Shown: positions 39,816 through 49,226 of the stretch, piece by piece | Layout: each line of letters starts with the position of its first letter | How positions within the stretch are numbered: position 1 is the stretch's first letter | Source of the DNA: Alphaproteobacteria bacterium | GTDB lineage: Bacteria > Pseudomonadota > Alphaproteobacteria > UBA2966 | Direction of reading: 5' to 3' | NCBI GenBank assembly: GCA_964291395.2 | Contig: OZ219858.1 | Coordinates: 352,001-416,000, forward strand | DNA: 64,000 nt | Position numbers and translations under genes: made by a program | Notes under the pieces: model-generated | What the model was told of the DNA's origin: nothing | What the model saw: the letters and a program-made list of their open reading frames with translations, nothing else | The model's database searches: none

Positions 39816-41894
39816 GTGCGACTGGCAACCGATGTCGGCGGCACTTTCACGGACCTCGTCGCCATCGACGACAGGGCTGGAAGCACTGGTGTGCCCCTGG
39901 CCGCCAAATGCCACAGCACGCCACCCGATTTCGAACGGGGCGTCGAGGACGTCCTGACGAAGGCGGACATCGACCTGGGCGCGACCGCCTTTTTCGCGCA
40001 CGGCTCCACGGTGATCATCAACGCGATAACCGAACGCAAGGGCGCGCGGACGGGCTTGATCACGACACGGGGATTTCGCGACGTGCTGGAAATCGGCCGG
40101 GGCAATAGGCCCGACTTGTACAATCTCATGTACGCCAAGCCGAAGCCGCTGGTCCCACGTTTTTTGCGTCAGGAAATCACGGAACGCGTTTCGCACGAAG
40201 GCGAGATTCTGGTGCCGTTGGCGCACGATGAGCTACCCGAGATCATCGCGACGTTCCGAGAGGAGGGTGTCGAAGCGATTGCCGTCAGCCTGCTTCACGC
40301 CTATGCCGAACCCGCTCATGAGATAGCTGTCTGCAATGCTGTCCGTGAGCTGTGGCCTGATGTTTCGGTGATCCCCTCGCACGCACTCACGCGCGAGTGG
40401 CGGGAATATGAGCGCACGTCGACGGCCGTACTCGCGGCCTACACGCACCCGGTGGCCAACCGATACCTCGATGCGCTCGATCATGCCCTTGGATCTCGCG
40501 GCTTCTCCGGCCATGCCTACGTCATGCAGTCGAACGGAGGTGTCGCCGCGTTGGAAACCGCCAAGGACCAGCCGATCACGATGCTGGAGTCGGGACCCGC
40601 GGGGGGCGTGCTCGGCGCAGTGGCGGTAGGCCGGCTGATCGGAGAATCGAACCTGATTACGCTGGACGTCGGCGGCACTACCGCGAAATGCGCGCTGATT
40701 CAGGACGCGCGAATCCCGATCACCACGGACTATGCGATCGAACGGACGCCGGTCAGTGCGGGCTATCCCCTGAAACTGCCCGCCATCGACATCGTCGAGA
40801 TCGGCAGCGGGGGCGGCAGCATCGCCTGGCTGGACGAAGGCGGCAAACTTCGCGTCGGGCCGAAAAGCGCCGGCGCGTCGCCGGGACCCGCGGCCTACGG
40901 CCGCGGCGGCAACCGTCCGACCATAACCGATGCCCACCTCCTCACCGGGCGGATCGATTCCGACTACTTCCTGGGCGGCGAGATCACGCCCGATATGGAC
41001 AATGTGACACGTGTGTTCCAAGACCTGAGCGTCAAGCTCGGCACCGCCAATCCCGAAACTGCGCGCGGCATCCTTCGCTTGGCCAACGCCAACATGACCA
41101 ACGCGCTCAAACTGGTTTCGGTCAATCGAGGTCATGACCCGCGGGAGTTCACGCTCATCGCCTTCGGCGGCGGCGGTGCGATGCACGCCGTCGCCCTGGC
41201 CCGCGACCTGCACATTCCCAAGGTGGTCATCCCCTTGCGGCCGGCGGTCTTCTCCGCCTGGGGAATACTGAATTGCGACATGCGGCGGGATTACGTGCGC
41301 ACGCGACCGCTGCGGTTGGACGCCGCACATCTATCGGAGATCGCGGCGGTCTTCGACGATCTGGAGCATGGCGCGCGGGAAGACTTCGCGGCCAATGGAG
41401 TGCCCCTCGACCGTCTTCACATCGAGCGTTTCGCCGACATGCGCTACGACGGCCAGGAGCACACCGTAAAGGTCACTTTCCCCGCCGGACCCGTCGATGG
41501 TGCGGCATTGCAGCGCGCGCGGCAGGAATTCCACGCCGAGCACGAACGCGCCTTCACGTTCCGGTTGGACGCGGGCGTGATCGCCGTCAACTTCCACGTC
41601 GCCGCTCATGGCACGGTGAACGAGACCGACATTCCCGGTCTTGGTCCCGGCGATGGATCGTTGAGCGACGCAATCCGGGACACCCGAACGGTCGACTTTG
41701 ATCTCGACGGCCAGTTGGAAACACGGATTTACGAACGCGCCCTGCTCGGTGCCGGAGCGGGCATTCCCGGGCCCGCCATAATCGAGGAATCGGATACGAC
41801 CATCGTGCTGCCGCCGGGCTCCCAGGCCACGGTTGACCGGTACGGCCTGCTTCATATCGACGTCGACGGCGTGGACTCCCGATTCAAGACATGA
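39816..41894 (+). CDS. Hydantoinase A/oxoprolinase family ATPase subunit (copy 2)
   Basis: TDVGGTFTD, HGSTVIIN, ESGPAGG, DVGGTT, GSGGGSIA, FGGGGAMH. Confidence 0.94.
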   Translation: MRLATDVGGTFTDLVAIDDRAGSTGVPLAAKCHSTPPDFERGVEDVLTKADIDLGATAFFAHGSTVIINAITERKGARTGLITTRGFRDVLEIGRGNRPDLYNLMYAKPKPLVPRFLRQEITERVSHEGEILVPLAHDELPEIIATFREEGVEAIAVSLLHAYAEPAHEIAVCNAVRELWPDVSVIPSHALTREWREYERTSTAVLAAYTHPVANRYLDALDHALGSRGFSGHAYVMQSNGGVAALETAKDQPITMLESGPAGGVLGAVAVGRLIGESNLITLDVGGTTAKCALIQDARIPITTDYAIERTPVSAGYPLKLPAIDIVEIGSGGGSIAWLDEGGKLRVGPKSAGASPGPAAYGRGGNRPTITDAHLLTGRIDSDYFLGGEITPDMDNVTRVFQDLSVKLGTANPETARGILRLANANMTNALKLVSVNRGHDPREFTLIAFGGGGAMHAVALARDLHIPKVVIPLRPAVFSAWGILNCDMRRDYVRTRPLRLDAAHLSEIAAVFDDLEHGAREDFAANGVPLDRLHIERFADMRYDGQEHTVKVTFPAGPVDGAALQRARQEFHAEHERAFTFRLDAGVIAVNFHVAAHGTVNETDIPGLGPGDGSLSDAIRDTRTVDFDLDGQLETRIYERALLGAGAGIPGPAIIEESDTTIVLPPGSQATVDRYGLLHIDVDGVDSRFKT

Positions 41895-43588
41895 CCGATC
41901 CCCCATACGTCGAACCCGATCCCTTCACCCTGGAAATCATCCGGGACGGCCTGCAGGCGGCCAGCGACGAGATGTTCATCGCCCTGGGCCGCGCCGCGCA
42001 GGGAATCGTCATCTACGAATGCCTCGACTACTGCGTCGGCATCGCTGACGCGTCGGGCCGCATGGTCGTCCAGGGCAACGGTGTGCCTCTGTTCATCGGC
42101 ACTCTCGAGTCGGCCGTACGAGAAGTCATCGACAAGTTCGGCACCGAACGGGACATGGAGCCCGGCGACATCTTCGCCATGAACGATCCCTACCGCGGCG
42201 GCGGTACGCATACGCCGGACGTTTGCCTGGTCATGCCCGTTTTCGCCGACGACGAACTGATCGCGTTCACCGCCAACAAAGGACACTGGAGCGAGCTCGG
42301 CGGCAAGGTGCCGGGAACGATCGCTGCGGACTCGACGGAGGTGTTCCAGGAAGGCCTACAGATCCCGACAGTCAAGCTGTTTCGCCGCGGCGAGCCGGTG
42401 CAAGCCATTCTCGATCTGCTGGCCATCAACGTGCGACTGCCGCGGCAGACGCTGGGTGACATGTGGGCGAGCGTTGCCGCCGCGCGTATCGGCGAGCGCC
42501 GCACTCGCGAGCTCTACTCCAAGTACGGACACGCCGCTTGGCGCCAAGCCGTCGACGGGCTGTTGGATTATGCCGAGTCGATGTCATTGGCAGCGCTGTC
42601 GCACCTCCCAAAGGGGACCTTCGAGGCCGAGGACTGGATCGATGACGACGGGATCACGGACAACCCGATACCGGTGCGCTGCAAGGTGACCATCAGCGAT
42701 AGGGAGTTCGTCGCCGACTTCACCGGCACCAGCGATGTCGTAGCGGGACCGTTCAACACCGGATGGGCGGGGTTGGAGTCGGGTGTCAAGCTCGCCTTCA
42801 AGGCGCTGACCGATCCGGCCTCGCCCGCCAACCACGGCGCGTTTCGACCACTGCGCATCGTCTGCCCACCGGACACGGTTCTCTCGGCTCGGCGCCCCGC
42901 GGCCACGGGCAAGTATCACCAGGCCGTCCTCTTCGCCACGGAAGTGATCTGGAAAGCTCTGGCGCCGCATTGCCCGAAACACCTCCCGGCGGGCCATCTC
43001 GCAGCGGTCTGCGGCACTACCCTCATCGGCCGCGACCCGGCGAGCGGCGACGTCACCCTGTTGCAGCAGCCCCTGGTGGGCGGTTGGGGCGCCACGGCGG
43101 ACCGGGATGGCGAGAACGGCCAGTTCTGTGCCGCGGACGGGGAGACCTTCAACATCCCGATCGAGGTGCAGGAAAACAAATTCGGCATCCTCGTAGAGCA
43201 GTACGCATTCCACGACGACCATGGTGGCGCGGGCGAGCGTCGCGGCGGCAAGGGCGTGGTCCTGGACTACCGGGTCGTCGACGAACGGATTCATTTCTCG
43301 GGTGACTACGGCCGCCACAAGTTCCGACCTTGGGGCGTTGCCGGCGGCGGCACGGGAACTGCCAGTCTGGCCCAGATCACGCGCGCCGACGGCAGCACGG
43401 AAGCCCGGCAGCGCGCCGTGAGCGTGCCCGTCAACAAGGGAGAACGGATCCGCCTCGTGACACCAACGGGAGGCGGCTATGGGGACCCCCGCTCGCGGCC
43501 GCGCCAAAAGGTCCTGGAGGACCTGAAGAACGGCTATATCACCCGCGAACAGGCGAGGCGCGACTACGGCGTCGAGGTCGAGGAATAG
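41891..43588 (+). CDS. Hydantoinase B/oxoprolinase family subunit (copy 2)
   Basis: IYECLDY, NDPYRGGGTH, HWSELGG, FQEGLQIP, GGAGERRGG, GGGYGDP; ATGA overlap with the A subunit. Confidence 0.94.
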   Translation: MTDPPYVEPDPFTLEIIRDGLQAASDEMFIALGRAAQGIVIYECLDYCVGIADASGRMVVQGNGVPLFIGTLESAVREVIDKFGTERDMEPGDIFAMNDPYRGGGTHTPDVCLVMPVFADDELIAFTANKGHWSELGGKVPGTIAADSTEVFQEGLQIPTVKLFRRGEPVQAILDLLAINVRLPRQTLGDMWASVAAARIGERRTRELYSKYGHAAWRQAVDGLLDYAESMSLAALSHLPKGTFEAEDWIDDDGITDNPIPVRCKVTISDREFVADFTGTSDVVAGPFNTGWAGLESGVKLAFKALTDPASPANHGAFRPLRIVCPPDTVLSARRPAATGKYHQAVLFATEVIWKALAPHCPKHLPAGHLAAVCGTTLIGRDPASGDVTLLQQPLVGGWGATADRDGENGQFCAADGETFNIPIEVQENKFGILVEQYAFHDDHGGAGERRGGKGVVLDYRVVDERIHFSGDYGRHKFRPWGVAGGGTGTASLAQITRADGSTEARQRAVSVPVNKGERIRLVTPTGGGYGDPRSRPRQKVLEDLKNGYITREQARRDYGVEVEE

Positions 43589-44652
43589 CGAGATCGGTTC
43601 CCCCGGGCCTTCGCAGCGCCGACGTCCCTACGGCGCTGCGAAGATCCGCGGGAGGGGCTATTCGCATCGGCAGCGTGTTTGAGCGACTTGTCGTACATAT
43701 GGTGCCCGGCGAGGATAGGAGCGTACTTCGGCGGGTTATCCCGCCCCGTGCAGGCCTCCAGACACCGGACCTCGGCGTCATAGTTGGGATTGCCGAAGAA
43801 CGCGATCGATTGCCGGCTGGTACCATCGTTATCCGTCAACGGTGGATTGACGACGCGATGGAGGGTCGAGCGCCAACGGTCGTTCGTCCAGCGCGCCATC
43901 ATGTCACCGATGTTGACGACCAGCTGTCCGGGACCGGGCACGACATCGGCCCATTCGTCGCCCTCGGATTTGATCTGCAACCCGCGCTCGCCGGCACGGA
44001 TGGCGAGTATGGTGAGTGTCCCGAAGTCGGTGTGCGCGCCCGCGCCAAGCTGGCCAGGCAACGGCTCGGAAACGGGGACGGGATAGTGGAAGGTTCCACA
44101 GGCCGAAAAATGCCGGTCGATGCGTTCATCGAAGTAATTCTCGGGGAGGTCGAGCGCAATCGCCGCGATGCCCATCAGCCGGGCGACCAGCTCTTCAAGC
44201 TCCCGGTAAAGACGGCTGAAGATCTTCCGGAAGCGTTCCGGACGATCCGGCCACACATTGGGCTGATACATGCCCGCGACGCCCGGCTGGCCGCGATAGG
44301 CGGCACCATGATCGCTCAACGGCCCAATGGCGAAACGTTCTCGGAGGTCCGGTGGCGAGGTCTCGTCCAGCGTGTAGGCGAGGGTGCGCGACGCCACCGC
44401 CGTGTACCCCCGGTTCGCCTCCTTGTGCGGCGGTTCGTACTTCATCTTTTCCGAGAGCGGCAGGTCGAAGAACGCCCGCGAGACGGCAAAGGCCTCATCG
44501 AACAGGCTTGGGGGAATCCCGTGGCCCGAGATCATGAGAAAGCCGATATCCCGGCACGCGGCATCCATTTGCCGGGCGACCGCCCGCTTTGCCACCGCGT
44601 TCGCCGTGGCGAACGGCGCGATATCGAGGATCGGGACCGGATTGCCTGTCAT
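43564..44652 (-). CDS. 2-oxoglutarate/Fe(II) dioxygenase, isopenicillin N synthase-like
   Basis: GFLMISGHG, HTDFGTLT (HxD), VNIGD, STLHRV, RQSIAFF (RxS). Confidence 0.93.
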   Translation of the reverse strand: MTGNPVPILDIAPFATANAVAKRAVARQMDAACRDIGFLMISGHGIPPSLFDEAFAVSRAFFDLPLSEKMKYEPPHKEANRGYTAVASRTLAYTLDETSPPDLRERFAIGPLSDHGAAYRGQPGVAGMYQPNVWPDRPERFRKIFSRLYRELEELVARLMGIAAIALDLPENYFDERIDRHFSACGTFHYPVPVSEPLPGQLGAGAHTDFGTLTILAIRAGERGLQIKSEGDEWADVVPGPGQLVVNIGDMMARWTNDRWRSTLHRVVNPPLTDNDGTSRQSIAFFGNPNYDAEVRCLEACTGRDNPPKYAPILAGHHMYDKSLKHAADANSPSRGSSQRRRDVGAAKARGNRSRYSSTSTP

Positions 44653-44694
44653 GAGGTTCACTCGCGTACGACGACGGCTTCCTCCTTATCGATG

Positions 44695-44722
44695 AGGCTA
44701 AAGGTTCCGCGGGCTTTTTCAA
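44695..44722 (-). promoter_or_regulatory. Putative sigma70 promoter TTGAAA-N16-TAGCCT for the 2OG oxygenase
   Basis: Read on the minus strand; followed by a GGAGG RBS-like motif. Confidence 0.4.
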
Positions 44723-44892
44723 ACGCGCTCCGGGACGCGTCCATGCCCGCGGCCGGGAGACTTGGCCTTGCGGCTCGTTCCTTTGCGCCGTGGCACCGCC
44801 GGTCTCCCCGTAGTGAACGCAGGCGACCGACACGCTTGCATCCGACCCTATGCGACCCCCAGACTCGAACGGCCGAGGCAACGCGAACAGCG

Positions 44893-46425
44893 ATGACAAA
44901 TCACCGCCAAATCATCATCCGGGGGGGACGTGTCCTCGACCCTGAGACCCGCAGCGCGGAGCGCGTCGACGTCCTCGTCGACGGCAACGTCATCGTCGAG
45001 ATCGGCCGGCCAGGAATGGGGGCCCCCGAGGACGCGCGGGTCATCGACGCCGGCAGACGCCTGCTGCACCCGGGTTTCATCAATGCCCACACCCACGGGC
45101 ATCACGGCCTCGACAAGGCCACGGGGGAAGGCTGGGCCCTGGAACGGAGCCTCGCCGTACTGCCGTGGATCAACGCCGACCGCAGTCACGAGATCCTCAA
45201 ATTGACCGCCACGCTGGCGGCGGCGGAAATGGCGCTCAAGGGCTGCACGGCATGCTACGACCTCAACCTTGGACTGCCGAGCCCGTCGGCAGAGGGGACC
45301 CAGGCGATCGCCGAGGGTTATGGGGATGTCGGCGTCCGCGCGGTAATCGCCCCCATGCTCGCCGACCGCACGGTTTTCGAGGCGACCCCCGGACTCATGA
45401 GCGCGTTGCCCGAGAGTCTTCGCCAGCAGGTGACAGGGTTCGACAAAGCGTCTGCGGAGCAAAGCATTGCCGGCCTGCGCCATGCTCTCGACCACTGGCC
45501 TTACGATCGTGATCGACTCCGCTTGGCCGTGGCCCCGACCATCCCATTGCACTGCTCGGAAGGGTTGCTGATGGCTTGCGGGCGGCTCGCCCGGGAGTTC
45601 GACACCGGACTCCACAGCCATGTGTCGGAATCCAAGATCCAGGCCCTTGCCTGTCTGGACCGGCATGGCGAATCGATCACGGCCCATCTTGACGCGCTCG
45701 GGCTTCTCGGACCCAACTTCACGGCCGCGCACGGCGTCTGGCTCGACCGTGACGACATGATGCGGCTCGCCGATCATGGGTGTTCGGTGGCTCACTGTCC
45801 GAGCAGCAACATGCTGTTCAGCAACGGTCTGGCCGACATCCGGGCACTGCTCGACGCCAAGGTCACCGTCGGAGTCGGCACGGACGGCATGCGCTCCAAC
45901 GACAACGAGAACCTGTACGAGGAGGTACGGCTCGCCTCTCTCGTCTCCAAGGTGCAGACGCCCGCACCCGAGAAATGGCTGACGACGGAAGAAGCCTACT
46001 TTGCCGCGACGGAAGGCGGCGCGCAGGTCCTGGGTATCGACGGGATCGGTCGCATCGCTCCCGGCTTCAAGGCCGACATCGTCTTCCTCGACCTCGAGAC
46101 GATCAACTGGATTCCGCTGAACGACCCCGTCAACCAGATCGTGCACGTCGAGGACGGCACCAGCGTCGACGCTGTCATGGCGGACGGCCGGCTGATCGTC
46201 GAAAACGGCGAGTTGACGAGTGTCGACGTGGGGCTACTGGCACGAGAGATCAGCGCCGCGCGCGACCGGATGAGCTGCCTGCATGCCTCGGATGACAGCG
46301 TCATCGAGCGGGTTCTGGCGGCCGTCGACGCCCATTGTTCGGAGCTGGCGCGGCGGCCCTACCACGTCCACCGGTACGGCGCCGGTCCAGATCACGCACC
46401 TGAGAATAGAAATCCGGGAGGGTGA
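44893..46425 (+). CDS. Metal-dependent amidohydrolase (paralogue 2)
   Basis: PGFINAHTH, LHSHVSES, AHGVW, HCPSSN, GTDG; collinear with 38304-39806. Confidence 0.9.
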   Translation: MTNHRQIIIRGGRVLDPETRSAERVDVLVDGNVIVEIGRPGMGAPEDARVIDAGRRLLHPGFINAHTHGHHGLDKATGEGWALERSLAVLPWINADRSHEILKLTATLAAAEMALKGCTACYDLNLGLPSPSAEGTQAIAEGYGDVGVRAVIAPMLADRTVFEATPGLMSALPESLRQQVTGFDKASAEQSIAGLRHALDHWPYDRDRLRLAVAPTIPLHCSEGLLMACGRLAREFDTGLHSHVSESKIQALACLDRHGESITAHLDALGLLGPNFTAAHGVWLDRDDMMRLADHGCSVAHCPSSNMLFSNGLADIRALLDAKVTVGVGTDGMRSNDNENLYEEVRLASLVSKVQTPAPEKWLTTEEAYFAATEGGAQVLGIDGIGRIAPGFKADIVFLDLETINWIPLNDPVNQIVHVEDGTSVDAVMADGRLIVENGELTSVDVGLLAREISAARDRMSCLHASDDSVIERVLAAVDAHCSELARRPYHVHRYGAGPDHAPENRNPGG

Positions 46426-46441
46426 TCCCGTCACCCTCCCG
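46415..46441. terminator. Hairpin between convergent genes
   Basis: CGGGAGGGTGA-N5-TCACCCTCCCG, perfect 11-bp stem. Confidence 0.55.
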
Positions 46442-46512
46442 CTGTTACGGCTGGCCGAGTGCGGTGTCACCCGTCTCCCGGCACGACTCCAACTACGTCT
46501 GATGGAACAACG

Positions 46513-47592
46513 TCAGCGTTGCACCGAACGCGTCCAGCGCTCGGACCAATCCGAGATGTCGGCCTCGGAATAATCGATGACCAGCATCTTGGCGACCTCC
46601 TCGGCCTTGAGAAGCTTCATCGAGGCGACGACCGGATCGTCCGATCCCAGCTTCTCCAGCACCGGCACGTTGACCGGCGTCAGACCGCTCTCGTGCGCGT
46701 AAAGGTTCTGGAAGTCATGGCCGAGATAGGCGTTGATGTAATGGTTTGCCGCCTCCGGCACCTTCGTACCCTTGACCACCACCAGCCAGCCCTTTTTCGA
46801 CACCCCGCGTTGATCCGCATTGATTTTCGGATGCACGAACGCGGTGTTGGAGCCGCCCTTCTTGAAGATCGAGCACCAGCCGGCCGAGACAAGCCCAACC
46901 TGCGCATCGCCGGTGTTGAAGAGCACGCCGACTTCGGCACCCCGCTTCCAGAACTTGAGCACGTCGATGCTCTTCACCAGATCGAGGCCCGGCTGAATGT
47001 TCTTGGCATCGCCGCCCGCGGCGAACGCCATGCCGCCAAAGGCGGCGAGTCCCGCGCCCGAAGAAATGTCGGGGATGATGATGCGGTTGGCGAGTTTCGG
47101 GTGCCTGAGATCGGTGTACGTATCCGGGATGGGAATCCCCTCCTTCTCGAAATAATCCTTGAGGTAGCAGATGCCCTCCTGGGTAAGCCAAGAGCCCGTC
47201 CGCCACTCGTTCCAATCCTCACGCGCCAGAAACTTCTTGTTCTCGATGATGTCGAGGTCCAGCTTCTGAATGAAGTCGCCTTGCTGCATCAGGTGCCATT
47301 GCGCATCGAGCACCTCCATGGTGTCGAAGGGCGCCTCGCCGCGGCCCCAGGCCGCGATGAGCTTGGCAAGGTTGTCCTGTGGGCTGGCGTTGACATATTC
47401 GACGGTTGCGCCGAGCGCCTCCAGCTTCGGCTGGATGGCTTGTTGGTGATACTCGAGCCAGGGGCCGCCCCACGTGGCAATCCTGACCTTCTGACCGTCC
47501 AGCGGGCCGGTCCATGCGGGGCCGGCCGCCGCCATAAACGCGCCGGCAACCGCCAGACTGCACGCCTGTCTCACTAAGTTCGTCATGCCCAT
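46513..47592 (-). CDS. Orphan ABC substrate-binding protein (PotD/PotF-like)
   Basis: Signal peptide, ATWGG, NLAKL, P.TY.DL, AN.YIN, WSERWTR; no permeases next to it. Confidence 0.8.
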   Translation of the reverse strand: MGMTNLVRQACSLAVAGAFMAAAGPAWTGPLDGQKVRIATWGGPWLEYHQQAIQPKLEALGATVEYVNASPQDNLAKLIAAWGRGEAPFDTMEVLDAQWHLMQQGDFIQKLDLDIIENKKFLAREDWNEWRTGSWLTQEGICYLKDYFEKEGIPIPDTYTDLRHPKLANRIIIPDISSGAGLAAFGGMAFAAGGDAKNIQPGLDLVKSIDVLKFWKRGAEVGVLFNTGDAQVGLVSAGWCSIFKKGGSNTAFVHPKINADQRGVSKKGWLVVVKGTKVPEAANHYINAYLGHDFQNLYAHESGLTPVNVPVLEKLGSDDPVVASMKLLKAEEVAKMLVIDYSEADISDWSERWTRSVQR

Positions 47593-47743
47593 GATAGTGC
47601 CTCCCTTGTGTGAGTTGGCGGGACGCGAAAATCGCGCCTCACGCTCATCGACTAAGGCCCGGATACTATAGGCCTGTCCGCGTCACGGGTCACATCGAGT
47701 CTTGTCCAGCGCGACGCGATGGACTTCTCGGTACTCCGTCGAA

Positions 47744-48331
47744 CTATTTGTACGGGAGCAATTGGAATCGTGCCCGGGACTCCGTCTCCGCGCGTTCCGC
47801 GTCGGTCATGCCTGCCAAGGCGAAGCGCATGAAGGAGACACCGATCATTTCACCGTTGGCGGCGGCCTGTTCAGCCCACAGATAGGCCCGCACCAGGTCC
47901 CGGGGCACGCCCCTTCCGTAGCGGTAGAGCGCGCTAAGGAACAGCTGTGCCGTGCGGTGCCCGCGTTGGGCCGCCATCTCCAGCCACTCGGCCGCTTCTT
48001 CATCGTCGCGCGGCACGCCTTCGCCGGAGCGATAGAGAATCCCGAGCTTGAACTGCGCTCGGGCGTGGCCCGCCTCGGCTGCCAGCCGATACCATTTCGC
48101 CGCTTCCGCATGGTCCCCGAATACGCCCTCGCCGTAGTGGTAGGCATTCCCCAGGCGGAACTGCGCCTCCGCGTCGCCGCGCCGGGCGGCGTCGCGATCG
48201 CGCTCGATCCACAATGGCTTCGCGCCTGTGTCTTCGGAGACCGCGCCCCCAGGCGTCGCCGCGATGGATGTTTCCACGCTCAGCGACAACGCCGCCGAGA
48301 GGAGGATTCCCCGAAACCGGCGACTCAGCAC
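47744..48331 (-). CDS. Secreted Sel1-like repeat protein
   Basis: Signal peptide and three AQF.LG..Y..G.GV..D...A..W...AA..G repeats. Confidence 0.9.
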   Translation of the reverse strand: MLSRRFRGILLSAALSLSVETSIAATPGGAVSEDTGAKPLWIERDRDAARRGDAEAQFRLGNAYHYGEGVFGDHAEAAKWYRLAAEAGHARAQFKLGILYRSGEGVPRDDEEAAEWLEMAAQRGHRTAQLFLSALYRYGRGVPRDLVRAYLWAEQAAANGEMIGVSFMRFALAGMTDAERAETESRARFQLLPYK

Positions 48332-48340
48332 GGCGATCTC

Positions 48341-49096
48341 CTATCCATGGGTCGTGCGGCCGCCGGAAACACTGATGGCCTGTCCGGTGACGTAGGCCGC
48401 TTCCTCGCTCGCCAGGAAGGCCGCCAGGCCGACGATGTCCTCGGGTACGCCGAGGCGGCCCATGGGATTGCTTTGGGCCAGAGCCTCGCGGTCGCCGGCA
48501 TCCGGGATGAGTTCCTCCAGCAGCGGTGTATCGTTGGGGCCCGGACAAATGGCGTTGACCGTGATCCCGTTCGGCGCGAGCTCTTTGGCCAGCGACTTGC
48601 CGAAGGCAATCAATGCCCCCTTGCAGGCGGAATACACCGCATGCCCCGGCGGCCCGGCGCGGCCGGCGTCCGAAGCCATGTTGATCACCCGTCCCCATCC
48701 GCGCTCCTTCATCGCAGGGACCACGGCATGGCTCATGTTGAGGGCGCTGGTCAGGTTGATGGCGATGACCCGGTCCCAATGGGCGGGCTCCGTGTCAACG
48801 AATTCCCCGTACCGATCCCAACCCGCGTTGTTGACCAGGACGTCGCAAGCACCCGCGTCGTCCCGAAACCGTTCGAGGGCCGCTTTGGCCGCCGCATAGT
48901 CCGTGACATCCACGGTCTGCGCCGATGCCTCGCCACCGGAGGCCTCGATACGGCGCGCCGTCTCGGCGGCCGCTTCCCCGTCGATGTCGAAGACTCCCAC
49001 GCCGCAGCCCTCGTCTCCCAAGCGAAGCGAGATAGCCCGTCCGATGGCGCCGCCACCCCCGGTAACGATCGCATTCCTGCCGGTCAGTCCGCGCAT
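48341..49096 (-). CDS. SDR-family dehydrogenase (BadH-like)
   Basis: TGGGGAIG, NNAGWD, ASDAGRAG, YSACK, CPGPNDTPL, GQAISVSGG. Confidence 0.88.
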   Translation of the reverse strand: MRGLTGRNAIVTGGGGAIGRAISLRLGDEGCGVGVFDIDGEAAAETARRIEASGGEASAQTVDVTDYAAAKAALERFRDDAGACDVLVNNAGWDRYGEFVDTEPAHWDRVIAINLTSALNMSHAVVPAMKERGWGRVINMASDAGRAGPPGHAVYSACKGALIAFGKSLAKELAPNGITVNAICPGPNDTPLLEELIPDAGDREALAQSNPMGRLGVPEDIVGLAAFLASEEAAYVTGQAISVSGGRTTHG

Positions 49097-49226
49097 GCCC
49101 GCCCTTCCTTTGCCGGAATTCTAACCCGAGTCGCCCTACCCGCCACCTCGGATTATCGCTTGTTGAGGCGGAGAACGGGCCTGATAATGACCGGGCGGCC
49201 CAGCCGCCGCGGCCTACCGACCTTCA

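Noticed and set aside
43330-44892. 1031-aa ORF 43330-46425 suggesting a giant fusion protein
   Set aside because: The N-terminal half is just the open antisense frame of the 2OG oxygenase; amidohydrolase homology begins at ATG 44893.
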